Part shown: one piece after another, positions 19,825 through 28,881 of the stretch
How positions within the stretch are numbered: position 1 is the stretch's first letter
Layout of the letters: every line of letters starts with the position of its first letter
Made by a program: the position numbers and the translations under genes
The notes under the pieces: model-generated
What the model was told of the DNA's origin: nothing
The model's input: the letters and a program-made list of their open reading frames with translations, nothing else
Database searches by the model: none
DNA from: Bdellovibrionales bacterium
GTDB taxonomy: Bacteria > Bdellovibrionota > Bdellovibrionia > Bdellovibrionales > UBA1609
NCBI GenBank assembly: GCA_965205645.1
Contig: OZ242172.1
Span: forward strand, 120,863 to 184,862
Direction: 5' to 3'
DNA length: 64,000 nt

Positions 19825-20415
19825 ATGACAAAACCAGCGGTAGAAACAACTATTTTTGTGGAAAGCACTCCCAATCCACAATCTATGAAATTCACTGTTT
19901 CCCATTCCATTACCAATGAAAATTGGGAAACTAATGATATAAATTCCGCAGGTAGATCTCCTTTGGCACAAAAAATTCTAGGATTTCCTTGGGCGACTAA
20001 CGTGTTCATTGGGAATAATTTTATCACTGTCACTAAAGAAGATTGGGTAGACTGGGATGTTATTCAGAATCCTTTATGTCAATTAATCAAGGAGCACATT
20101 GAAAGTAATCAAACGGTACTACATCCAAAACCAGCCAAAGACCCACAAGCCAGCCCGGATAAAGAAGAAAACATGAGTGGCCCGGATGCGCATATCATCC
20201 GACAAATTAAACAAATTCTTCAAAAAGATATTCAACCGGCAGTAGCAATGGACGGAGGATTTATTTCTTTTGCCGGTTATGAAAATGGAGTGGTATTTTT
20301 AAAAATGCAAGGAGCTTGCTCCGGCTGCCCTAGTGCATCTCTTACTTTAAAGCAAGGTGTGGAAACACACTTAAAAAATCACATATCAGAAGTAGAGCAA
20401 GTCGTCGCTTTATAA
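19825..20415 (+). CDS. NifU/Nfu-type Fe-S cluster scaffold protein
   Basis: Nfu_N-like N-terminus ('ESTPNPQSMKF') and NifU C-domain 'MQGACSGCPSASLTLKQGVE'. Confidence 0.8.
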   Translation: MTKPAVETTIFVESTPNPQSMKFTVSHSITNENWETNDINSAGRSPLAQKILGFPWATNVFIGNNFITVTKEDWVDWDVIQNPLCQLIKEHIESNQTVLHPKPAKDPQASPDKEENMSGPDAHIIRQIKQILQKDIQPAVAMDGGFISFAGYENGVVFLKMQGACSGCPSASLTLKQGVETHLKNHISEVEQVVAL

Positions 20416-20449
20416 AACCACTGGATACTCATCTATCAGAGTTTAAGCA

Positions 20450-21409
20450 TTAGCTATGAGCTGCGTCCAAACGTTTTTGTTGAAACTGATGAATAAACAC
20501 CACGAGAGGTGTTGCGACATAAATAGAAGAGTAAGTACCTATTAACACCCCTACTCCTAATGTAAAAGCAAAATCTTTAATCACTCCGTCTGTAAAAAAC
20601 CACATCACTCCCACAGCTAACATGGTTGTCAGAGAAGTTAAAAGTGTACGAGATAATACATCATTAATGGAACGGTTACAGATAGCGCCAAACCCCATTT
20701 TTTTACCAAAAAAAGCTTGATTCTCCCGAATACGATCAAAAGTTACAATCGTATCATTCAGCGAATACCCTATAATGGCAAGTAGAGCAGCTAACGTCTG
20801 CACATTAACTACCAGATGAAATACAGTAAAAACCCACATGGTCCAAACTGCATCGTGAAACAAACAAATCACCGCCGGCGGAGCAAATTTGTAATCAAAG
20901 CGCAAACCAACGTAAATTAAAACCATAATTAAACTATAAAAAACAGCTAACAGCCCTTTTGTTCTTAACTCTGCCCCAATTTGAGGCCCTACAGAATCCA
21001 CACGTCGCACTTCTATTCCTTGATCCGCAAAATCTTTTTTTAAAGATTCCACCAAGAGTTCCACTTGATGAAAAGTTGTTCCAGTAGAATGCACCAGATC
21101 CCCATCATCCTTACCACCGGTTTGACCGGTTCTAATGAGAAATTCATTATCCTCACCATATGTTTGGACAGAAGGCTTTAAAAATCCTTTTTCAGAAATG
21201 TAGTTTCTAAATGTTTCTATCTCCGGCGGCTGCTGAAAACGCACTTGAATTTCATTCCCACCGACAAAATCAATGCCATAATTAAAACCTGCGATACTGA
21301 TCCATATCAACATCCCTATTGCCAATAAAAGAGAAATAGAAGTCACATAAGCAGAATAAGAAAGAAAATTAAACTCTCTTTTTTCTAGTGATTTTTCACG
21401 TTGTTTCAT
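20450..21409 (-). CDS. secF: protein translocase subunit SecF
   Basis: 'GIDFVGG', 'YSLNDTIVTFDRIRE', six TM segments, adjacent to secD. Confidence 0.93.
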   Translation of the reverse strand: MKQREKSLEKREFNFLSYSAYVTSISLLLAIGMLIWISIAGFNYGIDFVGGNEIQVRFQQPPEIETFRNYISEKGFLKPSVQTYGEDNEFLIRTGQTGGKDDGDLVHSTGTTFHQVELLVESLKKDFADQGIEVRRVDSVGPQIGAELRTKGLLAVFYSLIMVLIYVGLRFDYKFAPPAVICLFHDAVWTMWVFTVFHLVVNVQTLAALLAIIGYSLNDTIVTFDRIRENQAFFGKKMGFGAICNRSINDVLSRTLLTSLTTMLAVGVMWFFTDGVIKDFAFTLGVGVLIGTYSSIYVATPLVVFIHQFQQKRLDAAHS

Positions 21410-21421
21410 TTCAAAATCCTA

Positions 21422-23119
21422 CTATAAGCTTTTTATTTGAAAGGTTTTTACTAAAGTATTTAAAAAAGTGCGAGACACAAAAATAGCAGTAAATAAAGAA
21501 GTCACAATGCCGCAGAACAAAGTAACAGCAAAACCCCGAATAGGACCGGTTCCAAAGGACATTAAAATCACACACACAATTGCCGTAGTGATATTAGCGT
21601 CTAAGATAGCGGATAAGGCGTATCGGTAACCATCCCGCACAGCTAACAATATAGCGGATCCTTTTCTAAGTTCTTCTCTTAAACGTTCATAAATGATCAC
21701 ATTAGCGTCCACTGCCATTCCAATCGTGAGGATAATGCCAGCCACACCCGGCAAGGTTAAAGTAGCGCCCAAGGAAGTGAGCAATGCCAGCAAACATAAA
21801 ATATTCATACCCAGAGCCATATTCGCAACTAGCCCTAGCAAACGATAATAAAATAGCATAAAGATAATCACAACCAACCCGGCAATCCAACCTGCCAATT
21901 GTCCCTTTTGGATAGAATCCCGACCTAAAGTGGGACCCACCGTACGTTCTTCCATTTTCACTAATCTGGCTGGAAGGGATCCTGCTCGCAAAACAGTGGC
22001 AATCGTTTCTGCTTCCTGACTTAAATCCGAACCTCTCCCTAAACTAATACTACCTCTATCAGAGATACGACTTTTAATCACCGGCATGGATTTTAATTCT
22101 TTATCCAAAATAATAGCCATTGGCTTGCCAATATTTTTCCCAGTCAGTTCAGAAAATATCTTACGACCGGTTACATCAATATAAAACAACACTTGCGGAT
22201 TACCAAAATCATCTACGCCCACAAAAGCAGTTTGCAAAATATCTCCATCCGCGCCGCTGTCCGTACGTACCAATACCGGTATTTTTCCTGCTTTCAAACT
22301 TTTGCTAGCGGGTGCTTTTTGAAAAACTAACTGATGATTGGCTGGAATTTTATCCGGTAAATCTTCATTAATTTTTTTCACATACTCCGGATAAGTCCAC
22401 TCAGTATTTAAAGAATAGCCACCTTGTTTTTCCGCAAACTCCACCCATTCTATCAAATCGTTAGTAGATACTTTTTGATTCACCAAACGAAATTCCAACT
22501 TTGCCGTTCTTTGTATAATATCGCGCGCGCGGGCAGAATCCTGCACACCAGGTAACTGCACTAATACCCGATCGTCCCCTTGGGCAGTAATAATAGGTTC
22601 ACTAACACCAAACTCATCTATTCGACGACGAATCACTTCTACCACCTGAGCAACAATATTTTTACGCAAGCGAATAAGATCTAATTCATTATACCCAATA
22701 ACAAAGGTCTGACCGGAATGACTTAACAATCTAAATGGCTGACCTCCCAATAAAGAAGCCGTGTATTGTTTAAGCGCCGCACGAACTTTTAATTCATCCT
22801 CCATCTGTTTCAGGGATAAAACAATACGACCAGGAGGCGTTTTAGGCACTGTGATATCTGCTACTTCAATACCTTCTGTTTGCAACACATTTTTTAGCTC
22901 TGCCGTAAAACTTTTGGTTTTTTCATAAATCGCTTCATTAACTTTCACACCCATTACTAGATGTAGCCCGCCTTGAATATCCAAACCGTAAATAAGCCGG
23001 GTTTTTGAAAACCACCACTCATGTGGTTGAAACTTATAAAAATTCGGCGTAACCAGAACTGCTGCTATTAAAAAAACAGAACTAATAATCATCCAGCGTA
23101 CTTTATTATTATCAAACAT
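21422..23119 (-). CDS. secD: protein translocase subunit SecD
   Basis: 'GLDIQGG', 'GPTLG', 'AVDANVIIYERLREE'. Start preferred at ATG 23119 ('MFDNNKVRW'), 5 nt after AGGAG. The ORF track starts at 23161. Confidence 0.93.
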   Translation of the reverse strand: MFDNNKVRWMIISSVFLIAAVLVTPNFYKFQPHEWWFSKTRLIYGLDIQGGLHLVMGVKVNEAIYEKTKSFTAELKNVLQTEGIEVADITVPKTPPGRIVLSLKQMEDELKVRAALKQYTASLLGGQPFRLLSHSGQTFVIGYNELDLIRLRKNIVAQVVEVIRRRIDEFGVSEPIITAQGDDRVLVQLPGVQDSARARDIIQRTAKLEFRLVNQKVSTNDLIEWVEFAEKQGGYSLNTEWTYPEYVKKINEDLPDKIPANHQLVFQKAPASKSLKAGKIPVLVRTDSGADGDILQTAFVGVDDFGNPQVLFYIDVTGRKIFSELTGKNIGKPMAIILDKELKSMPVIKSRISDRGSISLGRGSDLSQEAETIATVLRAGSLPARLVKMEERTVGPTLGRDSIQKGQLAGWIAGLVVIIFMLFYYRLLGLVANMALGMNILCLLALLTSLGATLTLPGVAGIILTIGMAVDANVIIYERLREELRKGSAILLAVRDGYRYALSAILDANITTAIVCVILMSFGTGPIRGFAVTLFCGIVTSLFTAIFVSRTFLNTLVKTFQIKSL

Positions 23120-23224
23120 TGCTATCTCCTGAAAAACCATTTCACTACTAACATTATTCAATCAAGTAGTCTATGATTGTTTATTCACATAGGCCTGAAT
23201 TAGATCGGAGTTAAAAACAGTAAA

Positions 23225-24403
23225 GTGTTTTATTTTTTAGGAAAAGGCCCTTATTCAAAATCTCTTCTGCTAAGGGCTTTGGCCACACAAAGTTACTTTC
23301 CCACACTTCGCATTATGGGTGCTTCCAGCAGCGATGATGTACTGAACATGAAAATAGGATTAAAATGTATTCAACTAGGAGATAAGCGACCGGTTTCTTG
23401 CGGAAATGGAGCGGCGCCATTTCGTTTTTTAGCCCTCCGAGCCAGTCGTGAAAGTGGATGCTTTATTTTAAAATGCACAAAGCGCTTACTACACAGGCCC
23501 CAGGAAGAACTACAATCTTTATTGCAGCAGTTAGGCAGTACAGTAACATTTAAAGAAGATAGCTTAATGATAAAAACTCGTGGCTGGAGGATTAGTGGTG
23601 ATGCGTTAACAGTCAACGGTGAACGTTCCAGTCAATTCGCAAGCGCCCTGTTATTAAATAGCTGGAACTTTAATCAAGACATCTACATAAATATTGAAAG
23701 CAAAATGCGATCTTATTCATATTTTCAAATGACTCTAGATTTTTTACGTCAATTAGGCATGCACATTGAAGGAGAATCCGGAGAGTATTATATTCCCAAA
23801 AGACAAAAAATAAAGCAACTCATCTATCAGCCGGAGCAGGACATGAGCTGCTTATTTGCCATAGCGGCCTGTACAGTAAAAGGAGGACAAGCCACCTTTC
23901 AAAATTGGCCGACAACCAGTCTGCAACCGGATTTTATTTTTCCTACTGTTCTGGAAAAAATAGGATTCCAAGTGAAAAAACAGTCTTCTCTATTAAAAAT
24001 ACACGGCGGTAAAGCGTTACGTCCCATACATTTAAATTTAGACAATACGCCGGATTTATTTCCTGTTTTAGCCGCACTGTGCGCGCTCGCCAAAGGGAAA
24101 AGCCAATTAACCGGCGCAAAACATTTACAATATAAGGAATCCAATCGTATCACCGCGATGGCGGATCTGTTAAAAAGCGTCGGACGCAAAATCCATATCT
24201 TAGAAGATGGTTTAACCATATACGGTCAGCCTCTTACAGAAAGAGAAACACCAATGATCTTATTTGATCCAAAAGAAGATCATCGCTTGGCAATGGCTGC
24301 AGGAATTCTAAAGCAAGCGGGCGCTTCAATCAAAATTTTAAATCCGGAAGTGGTCAACAAAAGCTTTCCAAATTTCTGGCAAACCACAGGAATTAGCCCT
24401 TAA
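23225..24403 (+). CDS. aroA: 3-phosphoshikimate 1-carboxyvinyltransferase (EPSP synthase), short form
   Basis: 'SKSLLLRALA', 'RSSQFASALLL', 'DLFPVLAALCALA', 'YKESNRI', 'DHRLAMA'. GTG start. Confidence 0.88.
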   Translation: MFYFLGKGPYSKSLLLRALATQSYFPTLRIMGASSSDDVLNMKIGLKCIQLGDKRPVSCGNGAAPFRFLALRASRESGCFILKCTKRLLHRPQEELQSLLQQLGSTVTFKEDSLMIKTRGWRISGDALTVNGERSSQFASALLLNSWNFNQDIYINIESKMRSYSYFQMTLDFLRQLGMHIEGESGEYYIPKRQKIKQLIYQPEQDMSCLFAIAACTVKGGQATFQNWPTTSLQPDFIFPTVLEKIGFQVKKQSSLLKIHGGKALRPIHLNLDNTPDLFPVLAALCALAKGKSQLTGAKHLQYKESNRITAMADLLKSVGRKIHILEDGLTIYGQPLTERETPMILFDPKEDHRLAMAAGILKQAGASIKILNPEVVNKSFPNFWQTTGISP

Positions 24404-24405
24404 AC

Positions 24406-26343
24406 ATGATTTACTTAATCATTGGACACCGTGGTACAGGAAAAACATCTTGGCTTAAAAAAATAAAAAAACTGTTTAAAAGCAAAGTAATCCTCTTAGA
24501 TTTGGATAAAGAAATTATAAAACGTGATGCTTCCTGGAAAGCCAATATATGTTGGAATAAAAACGTTCCACCCATCAATAGATGGTTTTTAAAGAGCCAA
24601 ACACAATTTCGCCGCCTTGAGCGAAAAGTGCTAATGGATTTAATCCATCAATACCAATCACAAAAACAAGACACATTTATTGCTGTTGGTGCTGGAGCAA
24701 AAATTAACCCAAAAGGATGTTATGTGCTGCATTTGATTCGTGAAACCGATTCGGATGGCAGGGTATTTTTAGATCGTCCGCGGCTAAACCCGAAATTAAG
24801 CCCTTATGAAGAGTCCCTGTTTTTATATTCCAAACGCGAGAAATATTATCAGCAAGTGCGGGATGAAAGTTTTATTTTACCAGAGCAGGACATGACTTTC
24901 ACAGAATCGGAAAAAATTTTTTTTGGATTAAAAGAAGGGCAGCTAGGAGCTAGCATCACTTTAAATAAAAACACTTTACCTAAAGATCCTAATAAATGGC
25001 CGACATTTATTAATAAACGATTAAAGTGGGGACTACGGTTTTTTGAATTTCGGAATGATGAATGGAGCCTGGCATCCTTAAGAAAAGGCCCTGGGAAAAA
25101 TTTGTTAAACCTTATCCCAAAAAAAAAACAACTGTTTAGCTTCCGCCCCCAGAGGGGGTCACTGCGCCGCGATTCCGCCGCTCCGATGTCACAACTTTAC
25201 AAAACATGTTTACAAACCTCCCGCTCGCTAAAAAAATTATCGATTGCTACCTGGGATTGGATGATAGAAACAGGGCCACCGCCTGCTGTTCCCCCCATCT
25301 TATCCGCGCATCATAGAAATGGAAAAAATCTTCGCCAAATATGCAAAGAGTTTTTAAAATATAAAGCGGATCACTATAAACTAGCCATCCCTATAAAAAA
25401 TTTGAAAGAACTTTTAGAAGGTCATTTATGGTTTTTAAAAGATCCAAGCCGTCGATCTTTTCTACCCACGTCTTTAAAGCAAGCGACCGATGATTCTTTT
25501 TCCTGGCGATGGTATCGGCAAATTTTCGGCCCGAAAATGCACTTAAATTTTATCAGAGAATCAAGAGGGCAGGGATTAAAAGATCAAGCTTTTCTATGTG
25601 AAGTCTTTGAGAGAAGAAAACCAACCAGTCATTTAAAATTTGGAGCCGTACTTGGCCTACCCGTTTCGCATTCCGCAAGCCCGGGGTTTTATAGAAAGCT
25701 CTTTGCTAAACATAAGATGATTTTTACTAAAATACCTTTAACGGAAAAAGAATTTACAAAAGATCATTTACGTATTTTACAAAAAATGGGTTTGGTTTTT
25801 GCAGCAGTCACCTCGCCACTAAAGAAAAAAGCATGGATGATTTGTGATCAAATGGATACCAATGCACGTAGATTTCAATCAGTGAACACTTTAATTTTTA
25901 AAAACAAAAAATGGTTGGGCAGTAATACGGATTTATTTGGCGCAAAAACTTTGTTAAAAGCAGCAGGTCTCGGCAGAACGTTTCATCCGGAGCAAATAGT
26001 GGTATGGGGTGGAGGGGGAACAAGAGCTGTTTTAAAACATCTAATGCCTTTAGCTACTTTTTACTCTGCCAGATCCAAACAAAAAATATTTGGAAAAAAG
26101 CAAAGTATCCGACCAATAGTTATTATATGGGCAGTCGGACGAAGACGCATGTCTGATAATATGTTTCCTTTTATGAAATGGCGCCCACGGACAGTGATTG
26201 ACTTAAATTACACAGTGGATTCCCCGGGAAGGGAGTATGCCATGCAAACTGGCGCAAAATACATTTGCGGCACGCAAATGTTCCAAGCACAGGCGGAAAA
26301 GCAGGAAGAATTGCTATTAAAACATTATCCCCTAAAAAAATAA
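24406..26343 (+). CDS. trifunctional fusion: shikimate kinase / type I 3-dehydroquinate dehydratase / shikimate dehydrogenase
   Basis: N-terminus has P-loop 'GHRGTGKTS' and 'FRRLERKVL' (AroK-like). The middle has 'ILSAHH...ADHYKLAIP' (AroD type I-like). The C-terminus has 'GLPVSHSASPGF', 'AAVTSPLKK', 'SVNTL', 'GSNTDLFG', 'WGGGGTRA' (AroE). It starts 2 nt after the aroA stop. Confidence 0.8.
   Translation: MIYLIIGHRGTGKTSWLKKIKKLFKSKVILLDLDKEIIKRDASWKANICWNKNVPPINRWFLKSQTQFRRLERKVLMDLIHQYQSQKQDTFIAVGAGAKINPKGCYVLHLIRETDSDGRVFLDRPRLNPKLSPYEESLFLYSKREKYYQQVRDESFILPEQDMTFTESEKIFFGLKEGQLGASITLNKNTLPKDPNKWPTFINKRLKWGLRFFEFRNDEWSLASLRKGPGKNLLNLIPKKKQLFSFRPQRGSLRRDSAAPMSQLYKTCLQTSRSLKKLSIATWDWMIETGPPPAVPPILSAHHRNGKNLRQICKEFLKYKADHYKLAIPIKNLKELLEGHLWFLKDPSRRSFLPTSLKQATDDSFSWRWYRQIFGPKMHLNFIRESRGQGLKDQAFLCEVFERRKPTSHLKFGAVLGLPVSHSASPGFYRKLFAKHKMIFTKIPLTEKEFTKDHLRILQKMGLVFAAVTSPLKKKAWMICDQMDTNARRFQSVNTLIFKNKKWLGSNTDLFGAKTLLKAAGLGRTFHPEQIVVWGGGGTRAVLKHLMPLATFYSARSKQKIFGKKQSIRPIVIIWAVGRRRMSDNMFPFMKWRPRTVIDLNYTVDSPGREYAMQTGAKYICGTQMFQAQAEKQEELLLKHYPLKK
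25146..25216. repeat. dispersed repeat unit U2 (in-frame inside the aro fusion)
   Basis: 'cccccagagggggtcacTGCGCCGCGATTCCGCCGCTCCGATGTCACAACTTTACAAAACATGTTTAC'. Translated as 'PQRGSLRRDSAAPMSQLYKTCL'. Confidence 0.7.
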
Positions 26344-26378
26344 CTGAAAAGAATACCAAAATTGTCTATAAAACCTTT

Positions 26379-27377
26379 ATGGGAGCAAACACATTTGGCA
26401 CTTATTTTCAGGCCAGCACTTTTGGAGAAAGCCACGGACCGGCTCTCGGTGTTGTGATAGAAGGCTGCCCAGCCGGAGTGCCATTTTCATGGGAGCTGCT
26501 TCAGCAAAAATTAGAGCAAAGACGTCCCGGGCGCTTTGCATGGACATCTGCCCGACAAGAAAAAGATCAACCGGAGCTGTTAAGCGGAGTATTTGAAGGA
26601 CGTACGATAGGCACTCCTATTGCTTTAATCGTAAAAAATCAAGATGCTCGCCCAGAGGATTATGATCATATTAAAGATCATCCACGCATCGGTCATGCGG
26701 ATGATGTATGGAAAAAAAAATTTAATTGGGTGGATCCACGTGGGGGAGGGCGAGCTTCTGGGCGAGAAACTATTAGCCGTGTCATAGCCGGCGCAATCGC
26801 ACAAATGTTTTTAAAACAGATCTTACCTCCATTACGCATTATCGCTTTTCCTATTCAAATTGGCCCCTTTAAAAGAACAGACTTTCCTAAACCGGATGAA
26901 GTCAATGAACAAAAATGGTTTGGCGGGCAAAGCTTAGAAGTGGAAAAATTTTTAGTGGAGCAAAAACAAAAAGGACTGAGCCATGGTGGAGCGCTCAGAG
27001 TGGAGATCCTACATGCACCAACCGGCTTAGGACAACCAGTGTTTCACAAGTTAAAGTCTGATTTAGCGGCAGCCTTTATGAGTATTGGAGCTTGCTATGC
27101 AGTCACCTTAGGAGAAGAACAAGATATCTATTTAAAAGAAGGCAGTCAGTTACACACACAACAAAATGCCGATATATATGGAGGGATCCGTGGAGGGATT
27201 TCCACCGGAGAAAAAATTATTTTTCAGTTAAAATTTAAACCACCCGCGTCTGTGTTACATATTGCTAAAAAAGGCCGCCACGATCCGTGCATTGTGCCGC
27301 GAGCAGCAGCTGTGGCTGAAGCTATGGCATGGCTTGTGATAGCGGATCACGTCTTATGGACTCGCTTAGACAAATAA
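26379..27377 (+). CDS. aroC: chorismate synthase
   Basis: 'FGESHGPALGVVIEGCPAG', 'GGGRASGRET', 'GRHDPC'. Start at ATG 26379 ('MGANTFG'). The ORF track extension to 26265 overlaps the previous gene. Confidence 0.93.
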   Translation: MGANTFGTYFQASTFGESHGPALGVVIEGCPAGVPFSWELLQQKLEQRRPGRFAWTSARQEKDQPELLSGVFEGRTIGTPIALIVKNQDARPEDYDHIKDHPRIGHADDVWKKKFNWVDPRGGGRASGRETISRVIAGAIAQMFLKQILPPLRIIAFPIQIGPFKRTDFPKPDEVNEQKWFGGQSLEVEKFLVEQKQKGLSHGGALRVEILHAPTGLGQPVFHKLKSDLAAAFMSIGACYAVTLGEEQDIYLKEGSQLHTQQNADIYGGIRGGISTGEKIIFQLKFKPPASVLHIAKKGRHDPCIVPRAAAVAEAMAWLVIADHVLWTRLDK

Positions 27378-27463
27378 AAACTTTGCGGAAAAGTGTTATG
27401 AAATTCTATTATTTTATTTGCGTCTAATCCATTCCCTAATAAGAACAAGAAAAACATTAAGAG

Positions 27464-28522
27464 CTATTTTCTTCTAAATGAAAAATGATTCATATACGAA
27501 TAAGTGTCTTTTATACTACGAAACATATCTTTCGTATGAAATACAATTTGTTCCTGTATGTCACAATAGCGTTCCTTAGCTGCCTTATCTATTTGTTCAA
27601 TTTTCGCCGGTTGATCTTTTCCTATAGGCAAATTAATCCAAGAAGCAATGAAAAAAGCTGCTGTATCTACCCAAAAGTTAGCCGCAATGAATACGTCATC
27701 TATTTCATTTCTCACTTGTTGTATCAGAGAAGAAGAATCGACTAAACACACCACATTTACTGAAACATGCCCAGCTTGAACGATTTGCTGACGAAGTTTT
27801 TCCAAAGAATAAATATGTCTCGCATAATTAGCTGCTGTAAAACAATATTGCCGTATGGCCAGATGCTTAACCGAATCAGACAGAAGATCTATTTTATAAT
27901 AAAAAAGTAAATGCTTGAGACACTGATCAGCGGTTTTTCCCATATTATCTAAAGCCATTAACATTTGAGGATAATGAACAATATTCATATCATCATCCAT
28001 CATGAAAATATAATATTTTGTAAAATAAAGAGAAGAAAGATGTGCAAATATAAACATATTAGAATCATCATGCACTTCAGATGAACTGCGCTCTGGGTAT
28101 TGATCAATATATTTAGTAAAAACTTGAGTGGCTTGTTTATAATAAGAAACAGCTTGATCAAAGTGGGCGGGTGTAGTACTTATTTTTTTGGACGCATCTA
28201 AAGATTGATCCGCCATATAATATCTCCCCATAAAGCGATTAGCAGGCAGATAATTTAATCTAGTGGCATACACCATAAACTGCTTACCAGCTTTCGGCTT
28301 GTCCAAACAAAAAGCGGTGATCCCCAGTGCATAAAGATCTTTGGCACTTTTATTAGTAGTACCTTCTTTTAATCGTGGATTAATTTGTTCTTTATATATT
28401 TTGATTATATCTAAGCTGACATTATCCAAGTCACTACAATCCACTATACTACTTGGACCTGCAAAGAGCGTTTGGGACCAAACCACTAAACTAGCTATAA
28501 AAAATAAACGAACGGTTTTCAT
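27464..28522 (-). CDS. secreted Sel1-like repeat protein (paralog of 10770-11723)
   Basis: Signal peptide 'MKTVRLFFIASLVVWSQTLFA'. 'YATRLNYLPANRFMGRYYMADQSLDASKK' and 'FDQAVSYYKQATQVF' parallel 'AAHLGYIPANYWMGVYYLTNKTLDTSQN' and 'FNEAIVYYENAAQLI'. Confidence 0.6.
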   Translation of the reverse strand: MKTVRLFFIASLVVWSQTLFAGPSSIVDCSDLDNVSLDIIKIYKEQINPRLKEGTTNKSAKDLYALGITAFCLDKPKAGKQFMVYATRLNYLPANRFMGRYYMADQSLDASKKISTTPAHFDQAVSYYKQATQVFTKYIDQYPERSSSEVHDDSNMFIFAHLSSLYFTKYYIFMMDDDMNIVHYPQMLMALDNMGKTADQCLKHLLFYYKIDLLSDSVKHLAIRQYCFTAANYARHIYSLEKLRQQIVQAGHVSVNVVCLVDSSSLIQQVRNEIDDVFIAANFWVDTAAFFIASWINLPIGKDQPAKIEQIDKAAKERYCDIQEQIVFHTKDMFRSIKDTYSYMNHFSFRRK

Positions 28523-28881
28523 TATTTCCTACTTTCTACATCTTAATTGGTGACCTGTTACTGAATGGATTCACCTACAGAAAAACAAATTGATGAAAAA
28601 TGAATATACTATAATAATTCAATTTTGACGCTATAAAATATCGTAAGAATGTATTTTTTACATATCTACATTTATTTAGCAAAAACCAATCCTTATCACC
28701 ATGGGTTTTTATTATCTGTCAGATAAAAAATTTAATGTTCCAAAATAAAACATTCTCTTAAAGGAACATTAGTAAAAGTCCGATAAAAAGTACTGAAAAC
28801 TGATAAAAACAAAAAAAACCATTTTGCTAGAAAGAACTAAGAAATTTAAAAAATAACAAGCGGGATTTAAAAAGTAAGGAA

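Noticed and set aside
27555-27580. 'ttcctgtatgtcacaatagc' resembling the repeat core
   Set aside because: Only the ~15-nt ATGTCACAA part matches, with no GCCGCGATTCC half and no hairpin. It lies within conserved coding sequence of the Sel1-like gene, so it is probably chance.
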